From: Caulobacteraceae bacterium
GTDB taxonomy: Bacteria; Pseudomonadota; Alphaproteobacteria; Caulobacterales; Caulobacteraceae
Length of the DNA stretch: 64,000 bases
Assembly: GCA_036511715.1 (NCBI GenBank)
Contig: DATCBS010000006.1
Span: forward strand, 231,277 to 295,276
Reading direction: 5' to 3'
Shown here: positions 24,426 to 35,850 of the stretch, one piece after another
Layout of the letters: every line of letters starts with the position of its first letter
Position numbering within the stretch: position 1 is the first letter of the stretch
The notes under the pieces: generated by a model
What the model was told of the DNA's origin: nothing
Database searches by the model: none
Seen by the model: only the letters and a program-made list of their open reading frames with translations
Position numbers and translations under genes: made by a program

Positions 24426-25178
24426 ATGCGCCTCGTCGCCGCCAGTCTGATAGTCGTCGCCGGCCTCGCGCCGTCGGCCTTCGCGCAAACCTCCACTCCC
24501 GCGGCCACCGACCCCGCGCCGGCTGCTGCGGCCGCAGTGAATCCGCCACCGGCTGCGACGCCAAGCGTTTCGCAGGTGGCTCCGTCGACCGCGCCGGCGC
24601 CTCCGGGCTCGACGCCAACTACTGCGCCATCACCTGCGCCGGCGTCGCCAGCCGTCACATCGCCCGCACAGCTCCCGCCTCCCGCGCCACCGCCGCCACC
24701 TCCGCCGCCCACGGATCCCGCCGCCATAAGGCTTCTGAGCACTCTTGAGGCCATCTGCATCCCTGCTGCGAACGGCGGGAACCTCGCGGCCTTGAGCAAG
24801 GCAGGCGGCTACCGCAAGTCCGGCGACAACTTCGTGCTGAGGCAACCTGGTTATCAGTTCACAATTCTCGCCCAGGGCTCCAATCCAAACCAATGCCACG
24901 TGGATATAGTCCACCCGGTGGACCCTGAGGCGCCCGCCAAGCCGTTGATCATCGCCCTCCACAACTGGGCGGTATTCGGCCGCGGCTGGACACTCTACCG
25001 CAACGACAAGAACGTCACGGGGCCCTCGGAATTCACCACCAGGTCCTGGGAGAACCGCGGGCAGGACAAGTCCGAGGCGCTGGTCCTGACGACAATTCGC
25101 AAGGCGGACGGCGCGCCTTCGCAGCGGAACGCCGACACTTCAGAAATGATCTATAGCGTGACCAAGACGAGCGAATGA
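24426..25178 (+). CDS. Secreted hypothetical protein with Pro/Ala-rich linker
   Basis: Signal peptide ending AFA-Q, long P/A/T-rich segment, globular C-terminal domain with two Cys. Confidence 0.7.
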   Translation: MRLVAASLIVVAGLAPSAFAQTSTPAATDPAPAAAAAVNPPPAATPSVSQVAPSTAPAPPGSTPTTAPSPAPASPAVTSPAQLPPPAPPPPPPPPTDPAAIRLLSTLEAICIPAANGGNLAALSKAGGYRKSGDNFVLRQPGYQFTILAQGSNPNQCHVDIVHPVDPEAPAKPLIIALHNWAVFGRGWTLYRNDKNVTGPSEFTTRSWENRGQDKSEALVLTTIRKADGAPSQRNADTSEMIYSVTKTSE

Positions 25179-25420
25179 CCCGGTGGACCGACGTCGCCGG
25201 CCTGGCGGGCGTCGTCATGATGCTGGCGGCCTACGCCGCCGCCCAGTTCCGCGTTCTCGATCCAGTCAAGGCGCCGGCTCTGGCGATGAACCTCGGCGGA
25301 GCGAGCCTGGTGATGGTCTCTCTCGCCCGGGCCTTCAATCTTCCGGCCTTTCTCATGGAGGCGGCCTGGGCCCTCATCGCGGCTCTGGGGCTAATTCGTC
25401 TAGCAATTTCGCGGCGATGA
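25175..25420 (+). CDS. Small three-TM membrane protein (CBU_0592-like)
   Basis: G..G...AY, MNLGGASL..SL..FNLPAFLME.AW pattern; ATGA-coupled. Confidence 0.7.
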   Translation: MTRWTDVAGLAGVVMMLAAYAAAQFRVLDPVKAPALAMNLGGASLVMVSLARAFNLPAFLMEAAWALIAALGLIRLAISRR

Positions 25421-25460
25421 GCTTCCCGCCCGGAGCCCTTCATGCATCACACCCTGCATA

Positions 25461-25970
25461 CTAGGCGTCATTGGACCGCCTATCTTCGTTCCCTCTGGAG
25501 TGGCGCGTGAAAGACCAGAAGGCGGCGACGACCTCTCGATAGGTTCTTCGCTTGAAGTGTACGACGCCGTCGACGGCGCTCTCGATGTCCGCCCAACGCC
25601 AAGCGTCGAATTCGACTTCGCGATACGCCGCGAGATTTATTTCCCGATCCTCTCCCAAGAACGCCATCGCGAACCAAATCTGCTTCTGTCCCTTCCAGCC
25701 CTTCGCCGTCTTTGCGCTCCGGTGGCCCGGCGGGAAGGCGTACGCGCTCCACTCGCGCGTTTGGCCCAGCAGCTTGACCGAAGTGACGCCGGTCTCTTCG
25801 CGCAACTCGCGAAGGGCTGCGTCATAGAGGCTTTCGCCTTGGTCAATTCCGCCTTGCGGAAACTGCCAGTTCGTCGGACCTGGCGTGTCGGCCCTGCGGC
25901 CGAGCCACACTCTTCCGTCGCGATGAATCAGCACGATCCCGACGTTGGGGCGGAAATCGGAGAGGTCCAC
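25461..25970 (-). CDS. rppH: RNA pyrophosphohydrolase (Nudix)
   Basis: FRPNVG, WQFPQGGID.GE....AALRELREETG Nudix box, GQKQIWF, EFDAWRW. Confidence 0.93.
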   Translation of the reverse strand: MDLSDFRPNVGIVLIHRDGRVWLGRRADTPGPTNWQFPQGGIDQGESLYDAALRELREETGVTSVKLLGQTREWSAYAFPPGHRSAKTAKGWKGQKQIWFAMAFLGEDREINLAAYREVEFDAWRWADIESAVDGVVHFKRRTYREVVAAFWSFTRHSRGNEDRRSNDA

Positions 25971-25975
25971 CGCGC

Positions 25976-27157
25976 TCAGCGCAGTGTCATGACGGCCGAA
26001 GCGGGAGCAAGCTGATAGCCGCGGTCCGAGAGCGCGCTGGCCCATCGCGTGGCTTCCTCGAGGGTGACCGGATACGCGAATCCGGACCCCACCGCGAAAC
26101 CGCTGCGCGAGGCCTGAGTCTCGAGCGCGGTCAATTGCTGGTCGATCGCGGTGGCGGATAGCTGGTCGTCGATGATCCGGTTTGCCGAGGCCCGGGGCAG
26201 GCCGCCTCCGGCGGCTGGGGCGCTGCCGTCGTCGATGAAGGCCAGCCCCCTTGCGCGAAGTGCGCCGTCAAAGGTCGCCATCGCCGCGGATGACGCCGTG
26301 AACTTGGAACCGAGATAGTTGGTGAGGCCATAGTAGCCGGTGGCCCTGGAAAGCAGCCATTCCAGTCGATGGATTGTATCCGGCGAGGGCGCGTCGGCCA
26401 TCAGGGTGTACGGTCCCGGGTCGTTCTCCGGATAGTCCTTGGGCTCCATGGGAGCTTCCAGCAGCACTTCGTGGCCGGCGGCGCGAGCCATGTCGATCCA
26501 ACCTTGAAGACCGTCCGCGTAGGGAACGAATGAGAGGGTGATCTCCGGGGGTAGATCGGCGATGGCTTGGCGGGTGGCCTTGGCGTTGAGGCCGAGTCCT
26601 CCGATGATCAGGGCTACGCGCGGGTGGCCGTTGGCGACGAACGGCCGCGCGTAGGCCTGCGCGGCAGTGCGTCCGTCCGCGGCAATGACCGGCAGCGGAC
26701 CGGCTGGCCCATTGATCGAGAGTCCGGGCAGGGGCGCCTGCGGAAGCGCCGACGTCCCGGCGAAGCTCGTCCGGGACTGGGCGGGCTGCGAGCCGCCGGC
26801 GTCCGGCATGCTGATCAGCACTTGGCCGTTGATGGCGCCAGCGTCCGCGACGAGGTCAGGCACGCTGGAAAACTCCACGGCGCCCCCGTCCGCCTTAGGC
26901 GTGTCTGCGGCGCCGGCCCATGGCGTCGGGGTCAAAGGCCCGCGCGCGTCCGAGACGTCGTCGATATGCGCCAGAGAGAGCCGTATGGTGGGGGCGCCAC
27001 TCCTCTGATCGTTGCTCGTAAACGCCAGGACGCCGGCCAGACCGGCGAAGAGCATGAAGCTCGCGACGGCTCCGGCCTGAGGCCGGGTGAGCAGGCTCTT
27101 GGCGCGGCTGGTCGGAGGCCGCGGGAGCGGCTCTGCTGGCGGTCTCTTGGCGAACAT
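25976..27157 (-). CDS. Divergent polysaccharide deacetylase family protein (YibQ-like)
   Basis: ALIIGGLG, TLSFVPY, GHEVLLEAPMEP, NYLGSKF; N-terminal TM; downstream of ctpA as usual. Confidence 0.88.
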   Translation of the reverse strand: MFAKRPPAEPLPRPPTSRAKSLLTRPQAGAVASFMLFAGLAGVLAFTSNDQRSGAPTIRLSLAHIDDVSDARGPLTPTPWAGAADTPKADGGAVEFSSVPDLVADAGAINGQVLISMPDAGGSQPAQSRTSFAGTSALPQAPLPGLSINGPAGPLPVIAADGRTAAQAYARPFVANGHPRVALIIGGLGLNAKATRQAIADLPPEITLSFVPYADGLQGWIDMARAAGHEVLLEAPMEPKDYPENDPGPYTLMADAPSPDTIHRLEWLLSRATGYYGLTNYLGSKFTASSAAMATFDGALRARGLAFIDDGSAPAAGGGLPRASANRIIDDQLSATAIDQQLTALETQASRSGFAVGSGFAYPVTLEEATRWASALSDRGYQLAPASAVMTLR

Positions 27158-27199
27158 TCCGGCACGAGCTTGTTGAGGGCCCGGCGAACGTCCATCCAT

Positions 27200-27211
27200 A
27201 TGGTTAATTAA
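27200..27211 (-). promoter_or_regulatory. CtrA half-site-like motif (TTAATTAACCAT)
   Basis: Minus strand reads TTAACCAT, about 45 bp upstream of the deacetylase start. Confidence 0.5.
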
Positions 27212-27267
27212 GGGAAAAAGAGAAAGTCGTGCTGGCGCCCTACCGCCAGTCGGCACGCAACAATCAG

Positions 27268-28677
27268 CTAGTGCGCCTTCGGCGCAACCAAGGGTGCGGA
27301 CTTCGCCGGAGCACCGCGCGCGCCCCGAAGAAGCCCGGCCTCGGCTAGCGTCGCCGCAGGCTTCGGGAGCTTCGGCGTCGCGAGTACAGAGCCGAATTTC
27401 AGGACATCAAGGGCGCGGGTGAGCTGAAAGTCGCCGGCTTTCTGATCGAAGGTCGGGGGCGGCGCTTCGGCCGGCTTATGGGCGCCTTCGCGCGTCTTGC
27501 CATCCTGGCTCCCCAGGGCGTTGTGGAAGCTCGCTTCGCTGAACTGGAAAGCCTCATTGGCGACCTGCTGCGCCTCTTCGCGGGTCTCTGCGACCTCCAG
27601 GTCCGGGGTGATGCCCGTCCTCTGAATGGAGCGCCCCGACGGCGTATAATAGCGCGCCGTGGTCAGCTTCACCGCTCCGTCCAGACCGCCGCGCAAGGGG
27701 ATGACGGTCTGCACCGAACCCTTGCCGAAACTGGTCAAGCCGACCACTTCCGCGCGATGGCGGTCCTGCAAGGCGCCGGCGACGATCTCCGCCGCTGAGG
27801 CCGTGCCCGAATTGATCAGGACGACCACCGGCAGGCCGCCGAGCTTGACGCCCGGACTGGAGTTGTAGCGTTCGACATCGTGAGGATCGCGGCCACGTTG
27901 CGAGACGATCTCGCCGCCATCCAGAAAGAGATCGGAAATTCCTACAGCCTGGTCGAGGAGACCTCCGGGATTGTTGCGCAGGTCGAGGACCAGACCCTTC
28001 AGGTGCGGGTTTTTGAGGCGCAGCGATTGGATCGCCGCCTTGGTTTCCTCGGTGGCCTTCTCGTTGAAGCCGGCGAGACGCAGATACCCGTAGTCGCCCA
28101 CCGCCTTGAACGTCACCGATTTCGGCTGGATGATCTCCCGAACGAGTTTGACGTCGAACGGGTCGGTTTTCTCGCGGGCGATTGTCAAGGTAACCGCCTC
28201 GCCCACCTTGCCGCGCATCTGTTTGACGGCGTCATTCACCGAAAGACCCAGAACGGTCTGCCCATTGACGGCGGTGATATAGTCGCCCGCCTTGATTCCG
28301 GCGCGCGACGCCGGCGTATCGTCGATCGGCGTGATCACCTTGACGACGCCATCCTCGCTGGTGATCTCTAGTCCGAGGCCTCCATATTCGCCTCGGGTCT
28401 GATCCTGCATTTCCCCGAACGCATCTGGGGCCAGATAGTTGGAGTGTGGGTCGAGCGAAGTGAGCATCCCGTCCAGCGCGGCTTCGATCAGCTTCTTGTC
28501 GTCAACCGGAGTCACGTACTGGCGCTCGACCGTATCGAGTACGTTCCCGAACAGCTCGAGCATGTGATAGGTCTGGGCATGACCTTCCGGTGTCGCCCGG
28601 GCCGTCTGGCTCACATACGCCATCGATCCCGCGCCGAGCGCGAAAGCCGAGGCCGCGATCAACAAATATTTCCGCAT
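27268..28677 (-). CDS. ctpA: Carboxy-terminal processing protease (S41)
   Basis: LDPHS, PDZ GGLG, LDLRNNPGG, TASAAEIVAGAL, GKGSVQ. Confidence 0.95.
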   Translation of the reverse strand: MRKYLLIAASAFALGAGSMAYVSQTARATPEGHAQTYHMLELFGNVLDTVERQYVTPVDDKKLIEAALDGMLTSLDPHSNYLAPDAFGEMQDQTRGEYGGLGLEITSEDGVVKVITPIDDTPASRAGIKAGDYITAVNGQTVLGLSVNDAVKQMRGKVGEAVTLTIAREKTDPFDVKLVREIIQPKSVTFKAVGDYGYLRLAGFNEKATEETKAAIQSLRLKNPHLKGLVLDLRNNPGGLLDQAVGISDLFLDGGEIVSQRGRDPHDVERYNSSPGVKLGGLPVVVLINSGTASAAEIVAGALQDRHRAEVVGLTSFGKGSVQTVIPLRGGLDGAVKLTTARYYTPSGRSIQRTGITPDLEVAETREEAQQVANEAFQFSEASFHNALGSQDGKTREGAHKPAEAPPPTFDQKAGDFQLTRALDVLKFGSVLATPKLPKPAATLAEAGLLRGARGAPAKSAPLVAPKAH

Positions 28678-28742
28678 GGGAATCCCATGACTCCGCGAAG
28701 GGCCACAATTAAGGCGCGGCTGCCTTAACAGGCCCTCACTGT

Positions 28743-29654
28743 TTAGAGGAGTTTTCGCCTGAGCAAAGGCGCCCTCGCCAGGTCGCCTGTCATCAAGGGC
28801 GACGGGTCAATCGGCGCTCCGCCCCGGCGCAGTTCAAAGTAGAGCTGGGGCCGGATGATGGGGGCGCCGGGCATGACACCCAGGGTCTCGCCCGTTGCAA
28901 GCCGCTGACCGGGGACCACGAGGACCCTTCCAAGTCCCGAGAACACCATGTGATAGCCGCCCGCCGCGCCGAGGATCACCACCTGGCCCCAACCTTGAAG
29001 CGGTCCCGCGTAATCCACCAGGCCCGGCGCTGGGCTCTCGACCGTGGCGCTCGGCGCGGTGCGGATGGCGAGGCCCCGGGAACGCCCGCCCCCTGCAAGA
29101 CTACCGCCGAAGCCGCTGACGATCTCTCCTTTGGCTGGGTAGAGCAAACGGCTCGGAGGCGGTCCCCGGAGGGCCGCGGTTCCCCGCTCGCGTGCGCCGG
29201 GGGGGATAAGTGAGTCTGCGTCACTCGCCACACCTTCGAGACGGCCTGCGCGATCCTCGAGGGCGCTCTCGGCCGCGAAGAGTTCGCCCTCGGCGGCGGC
29301 CACTTCCCGACGCAAGCTCGTCAAACCTCGTGCCTCGAGGGAGAGCTGCTGGGCTCTGTTCTCCAGTTCGGGAGCGATGGCGCGGATGAGAATCGCCCCG
29401 CGAACCGCGTCCTCTGCGTCGGCCGGATTCACAAGCAGCGCGGGCGGAGGATCGCGTCCGAAGAGTTGAAGAGCGCCCAACAGGCGAGAAAGCTCTCTCC
29501 GGTTCGCGCCGACGAGCGTGGCGACCGCGTCCTGCTCGGCCGCGACTTTGGCCAAGCCGCGGCGCGCGTTCACGATCCTGTCGGTTTGTGCTCCCACGCT
29601 TCCGCAAAGGCCGACCACGCATAGAACGAGGCTCCATCGCGACACCATGGTCAT
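28743..29654 (-). CDS. Murein hydrolase activator EnvC-like (coiled coil plus degenerate M23)
   Basis: Signal peptide, PPPALLV, YAGP...GQVVIL, LYFELR...PIDP; synteny rlmH-envC-ctpA. Confidence 0.8.
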   Translation of the reverse strand: MTMVSRWSLVLCVVGLCGSVGAQTDRIVNARRGLAKVAAEQDAVATLVGANRRELSRLLGALQLFGRDPPPALLVNPADAEDAVRGAILIRAIAPELENRAQQLSLEARGLTSLRREVAAAEGELFAAESALEDRAGRLEGVASDADSLIPPGARERGTAALRGPPPSRLLYPAKGEIVSGFGGSLAGGGRSRGLAIRTAPSATVESPAPGLVDYAGPLQGWGQVVILGAAGGYHMVFSGLGRVLVVPGQRLATGETLGVMPGAPIIRPQLYFELRRGGAPIDPSPLMTGDLARAPLLRRKLL

Positions 29655-29759
29655 CCTTTGACCCGACGATCGTCCGCTCAATGAGCTGGCGTGGCGCGCC
29701 GCCCGCTGCTCAATCGACGCTCATGGTTTTCCCGGGCGCCCGCGCAGTTTCAAGACCCC

Positions 29760-30224
29760 TTACTCCCTATGGTAGGGGCCGCCGGCGAGGATAGTTGCGG
29801 CTCGATAGATTTGCTCGGCGAGCATCACCCGCGCCAGCGCGTGAGGCCAGGTCTGCGGGCCGAACGACATTCGGTGGAACGCGGCCGACAGCACTTGTGA
29901 TTCCAAGCCATCCGCGCCGCCGACGAGAAAGGCGAGCCGGCGCACACCGTCATCTCGCAGTCGACCCAAGAGAGTGGCGAAGTCCCGTGAACTCAGCATC
30001 GCGCCGGACCTGTCGCAGGCGATGAGGCGGGCGTTCCGCGCGGCGTCGAGGAGAGCTTCGTTTTCCGCCGCCTTGCCCGGTTTGCGCGGCAGAATTTCGA
30101 CGATCTCCACCGGACCAAGATTGGAGCGCCGACCTTCTGACGTCGCCCGAAGGGCATAGTCCGTCGCGAGCTTCGCCTCGAACGCTTGGCCGAGGCGGCC
30201 GACGCACAGCAGATTGAGTTTCAC
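29760..30224 (-). CDS. rlmH: 23S rRNA pseudouridine-1915 methyltransferase
   Basis: GGADG, TWPHALARVMLAEQIYRA...PYHR. Confidence 0.95.
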   Translation of the reverse strand: MKLNLLCVGRLGQAFEAKLATDYALRATSEGRRSNLGPVEIVEILPRKPGKAAENEALLDAARNARLIACDRSGAMLSSRDFATLLGRLRDDGVRRLAFLVGGADGLESQVLSAAFHRMSFGPQTWPHALARVMLAEQIYRAATILAGGPYHRE

Positions 30225-30237
30225 CAGAGGATCGCGC

Positions 30238-30693
30238 TCAGGGCGCAACGTTGCGATCGGAAGGTTCCACCGACCAGATCTTCTCGAGGTTGTAGTAGGT
30301 GCGAACCTCTGGACGGAAGAGGTGGACAATGACATCGCCGGCATCGATCAACACCCAGTCGCAGTGCGGCAGACCTTCCACCCTCGCCCTGCCGAAACCG
30401 CCGTCCTTCAGGGCGCGAAGCAGGTGGTCGGCCATCGCGCCGACATGCCGATGTGATCGGCCCGAAGCCACGACAAGCGAGTCGGCCAAGGCGCTGCGAC
30501 CCACTAAATCGATGAACAGGACATCCTCGGCTTTTTCCTGATCCAGACGGTGCAGCACCAGGCATTCCAACTGAGTAAGATCGCGCTGAGGGGAACTCGG
30601 GTCGGCGGGGGGCGCATCCTTGGCGATCAACACAGGCTCGTGGTCCAGCTTGGGGCTCCTGCAGAAAAAATCCTGCCACAACCATCGTATCAC
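30238..30693 (-). CDS. rsfS: Ribosome silencing factor (start uncertain)
   Basis: KAED..ID, ASGRSHRHV, DWVLIDAGDVIVHLFRPEVR.YYNLEKIW. Confidence 0.93.
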   Translation of the reverse strand: MIRWLWQDFFCRSPKLDHEPVLIAKDAPPADPSSPQRDLTQLECLVLHRLDQEKAEDVLFIDLVGRSALADSLVVASGRSHRHVGAMADHLLRALKDGGFGRARVEGLPHCDWVLIDAGDVIVHLFRPEVRTYYNLEKIWSVEPSDRNVAP

Positions 30694-30708
30694 GGCCGCA
30701 ACCGCCAG

Positions 30709-31353
30709 TCAGCGCCGATTGCGCAGAGTGGTCGAGGAGGCGAACTTCAGCGGTTCGGAGAAGTAGATCCACGCTGGAGGCGGCGTGAGTGACAGGCGGC
30801 GGGCAGCGCTCGCGGGCAGCCGGCCCCGAGAGAAGACCTTCGTGGCAGGCGAGAACAGACTCTTGAGCGCGTGTCCTGGCCTCGAGACTATGGCGATCGG
30901 AACCGCGGCCATTATGGTGCGCCAGTTCCGCCAGGTGTGGAACGCGGCCAGGCTGTCCGCCCCCATGATCCAGACAAAGTGGACTTTGGGAAATCGCGCC
31001 CTGAACCGAAGCACGGTGTCCACCGTGAAGCGCGAACCAAGGCGGCTCTCGGCGGCCGAAGCCATCATCGAAGGGCCGATTGCAAATAGCTGCGACATGG
31101 CCAAGCGCGAGTGCAAAGGGGCCGAGGCGCGCTGCGACTTGAGCGGGTTTTGAGGCGAGACCAGCCAGATTACACGGTCCAGTGCGAGCCTTCTCAGCGC
31201 GGCGCGGGCCACGTGAGCGTGGCCTTCGTGAGGTGGGTCAAAAGACCCACCATAGAGGCCGACCTTCATCCCGGCTTCGAGATGGAAACCGAGCCGGAGG
31301 GAAGCTCCGGCATGACATCGCCGACCGTGGCTCGCGCTCCACGCGCGCGCCAT
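30709..31353 (-). CDS. nadD: Nicotinate-nucleotide adenylyltransferase
   Basis: GGSFDPPHEGH, SPQNPLK, WIMGADSL, SSTTLR. Confidence 0.94.
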   Translation of the reverse strand: MARAWSASHGRRCHAGASLRLGFHLEAGMKVGLYGGSFDPPHEGHAHVARAALRRLALDRVIWLVSPQNPLKSQRASAPLHSRLAMSQLFAIGPSMMASAAESRLGSRFTVDTVLRFRARFPKVHFVWIMGADSLAAFHTWRNWRTIMAAVPIAIVSRPGHALKSLFSPATKVFSRGRLPASAARRLSLTPPPAWIYFSEPLKFASSTTLRNRR

Positions 31354-31355
31354 GC

Positions 31356-33562
<2,207 letters not shown>

Positions 33563-34237
33563 TCAGCCCAACGTCCGCTTGAACTCCAGCCATAGCGGGC
33601 CGCAATCACCTAGGCGTTTGCGCTCATAGCGGGTCGGCGCATGGTCGACCGGAGGAAGACGCCAGTCGCTCGCGCTCCTGGCGGTCCACGCGAAGCTGGG
33701 CGAGGCGAGAAGTGCGACGAGCGCGCTCTCGGCGTATTCGGACCAGTCGGTGGCGAATCTGATCGCGGCTTCAGGTTTGAGAATTCTCGCGGCCTCCTCG
33801 ACAAAATGGCCTTGGACCAGTCGCCTCCTTCGGTGGCGGGACTTGGGCCAGGGATCGGGGAACAGGATGAATAGCCTATCGATGCTCTTGTCGGGCAGGA
33901 TGGCCATCAGATCCCGGGCGTCCCCGAAATGGATTCTGACATTTTCCAGTCCTGAGGCCTCGATATGGCGAAGAGCGCTCGCCACCCCGTTCACAAACGT
34001 CTCGGCGCCCAGCATCAATACGTCCGGTCGTCGAGCGGCTTGGGCGGCGAGGTGTTCGCCCGCGCCGAATCCGATTTCGAGCCAGACTTGGTCGGCGTCT
34101 GGAGCAAGCGCTCGCGGGTCGAACGGCCCTTGTGGGACAGTCACCCGGGGCAGCAAGTCTGTCATCAAGGCGGCGCGCCCAGGTTTCATTCGCCGCGATC
34201 TGACACGGCCAAAGGTGCGAACGGGTCGATCGGTCAT
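33563..34237 (-). CDS. trmB: tRNA (guanine-N7)-methyltransferase
   Basis: LEIGFGAGEH, FPDPWPK.RH, FATDW, TRYE.K. Confidence 0.95.
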   Translation of the reverse strand: MTDRPVRTFGRVRSRRMKPGRAALMTDLLPRVTVPQGPFDPRALAPDADQVWLEIGFGAGEHLAAQAARRPDVLMLGAETFVNGVASALRHIEASGLENVRIHFGDARDLMAILPDKSIDRLFILFPDPWPKSRHRRRRLVQGHFVEEAARILKPEAAIRFATDWSEYAESALVALLASPSFAWTARSASDWRLPPVDHAPTRYERKRLGDCGPLWLEFKRTLG

Positions 34238-35850
34238 TGTCTGGGGCGGGCCTGAATGACCTCCGCCCACCGCGCGCACGCGGCGGAGAGGATCAACATC
34301 AGAAAGAAAGGGGCGTCGCCGAAGCGGGAAAACAGAGTAGGCGGCAGCGCTGGTGGCAAAGGCGCATCTATGACGCCAAACGCGCCGATGCCGAGCGCCT
34401 TGCCCGGCGCCACTCGGCCGAATGCATCAATCACTGCGGAGATTCCCGTGGGCGTGGCCCGGACCATCGGCAGTCCTTCCTCGATCGCTCGATAGCTTGC
34501 GAGGTTGAGGTGCTGGCGAGGACCGCTGCCGGTCCCGAACCAGGCATCATTGGAGACATTGACGATCCAGGCCGGGCGAACTCCCGAGAGGGCGGCGCCT
34601 TGACGCGTAAAGCCAGGGAACAGGCTTTCATAGCAGATCAGGGGCTGGGCCGCCGGCAACCCCTCGATTCGAAGCGGCCGGGGACGCGGCCCCGGCGCGA
34701 AGCCGCCTCCGACGTGCACGAACTGCTTGACGCCCAACCTCGACGCCAAGGAGTCGAGGGGCATGAATTCGCCAAACGGCACGAGACGATATTTGTCGTA
34801 GAGCGCCAGCAGCGCGACCCCGCCGCCGGAGCGCCGCACCGCGGCGAGGCTGTTGAAGGCGACGTCGCCGCCGCGGGGTCCCCTCGCCCATCGATACCCT
34901 CCGACGAGAAGTGTCTGGCCGGGCCGGAGCGCCGCGGCGATAGCGCGTGCTGTCCAGGTCCCGTCCGAAAGGTAATCCTCGAGAGGCGCGGGGACCGCGC
35001 CCTCGGGCCAGACGATGATTTCGACTTGGTGCGGCGAGGGCAGGGCGGTGAGCGCGACGTAGCGATCGACAATGCTGCGGAAGAGGCGAAGATCGTACTT
35101 CGTTTCCTGCCTGACGTTCGCCTGAACGATTCGGACCCAAGGTCCGTGTGGACTGTATCGGTATGGCGATGAAAGCCTCATAGCCCCCGCGATCCAGATC
35201 GTTGCAGCGCTGATGACGGCGGCGCCGAGGAGGAGTTTTCCCGCGCGGCCTTGCCGGACGACGACCGGGACGGAGAAGAGGGTCAGCGTAATCCACGTGA
35301 GACCATAGGCTCCCACGGCGGCCGCCACCTGCGAAGGCGGCGACCCGGCCCGCCAGGCCTCGCCGGGGAGATCCCACGGAAAGCCTGTCAGAAGGTGACC
35401 CCTGAGCCACTCGAAAGCGGACAGCGCGCCGGCGAACAGAATAACCCGCATCACACTCTTGCCGGCCAAAAGGCCATAGACCGCCGCCGCGGCGCCCCAG
35501 AAAAGCGCCATTCCCATATCCACCAGAGCCACGGCGAAGGGAGCCATCCACCCCTGTTCCTTGGCGTCGATGAAGAAGGGCTGGAGGAGCCAGAACAAGG
35601 CAACGGCGAAGTAGCCGCAGCCGGCGAGCCAGCCGCGGAAGAAGGCCGACCGGATCGGCCGGTCCGAACCGGTCCGGTCGACCAGAGCGAAGATGAGGGC
35701 GAAACCGAAGAGACCTGGCGCGAACCCCCACGGAGGATGGGCCAGGGCCGCAACCACCCCCGCCAGGAGCACCAGTGCTCGCGGAGGCCAAGGATCTCTG
35801 GTGATCCGGCGCCAAAACGAATCGGAGGCTGATGCCTCGAGCTCAACCAT
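34234..35850 (-). CDS. lnt: Apolipoprotein N-acyltransferase
   Basis: EWLRG..TGFPW, WPEGA, YDK..LVPFGE, LICYE, SNDAWFG, RAIE.G. Confidence 0.95.
   Translation of the reverse strand: MVELEASASDSFWRRITRDPWPPRALVLLAGVVAALAHPPWGFAPGLFGFALIFALVDRTGSDRPIRSAFFRGWLAGCGYFAVALFWLLQPFFIDAKEQGWMAPFAVALVDMGMALFWGAAAAVYGLLAGKSVMRVILFAGALSAFEWLRGHLLTGFPWDLPGEAWRAGSPPSQVAAAVGAYGLTWITLTLFSVPVVVRQGRAGKLLLGAAVISAATIWIAGAMRLSSPYRYSPHGPWVRIVQANVRQETKYDLRLFRSIVDRYVALTALPSPHQVEIIVWPEGAVPAPLEDYLSDGTWTARAIAAALRPGQTLLVGGYRWARGPRGGDVAFNSLAAVRRSGGGVALLALYDKYRLVPFGEFMPLDSLASRLGVKQFVHVGGGFAPGPRPRPLRIEGLPAAQPLICYESLFPGFTRQGAALSGVRPAWIVNVSNDAWFGTGSGPRQHLNLASYRAIEEGLPMVRATPTGISAVIDAFGRVAPGKALGIGAFGVIDAPLPPALPPTLFSRFGDAPFFLMLILSAACARWAEVIQARPRQ

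Noticed and set aside
24490-24720. CCG-rich repeats
   Set aside because: Low-complexity Pro/Ala linker of a protein, not a repeat array or CRISPR.
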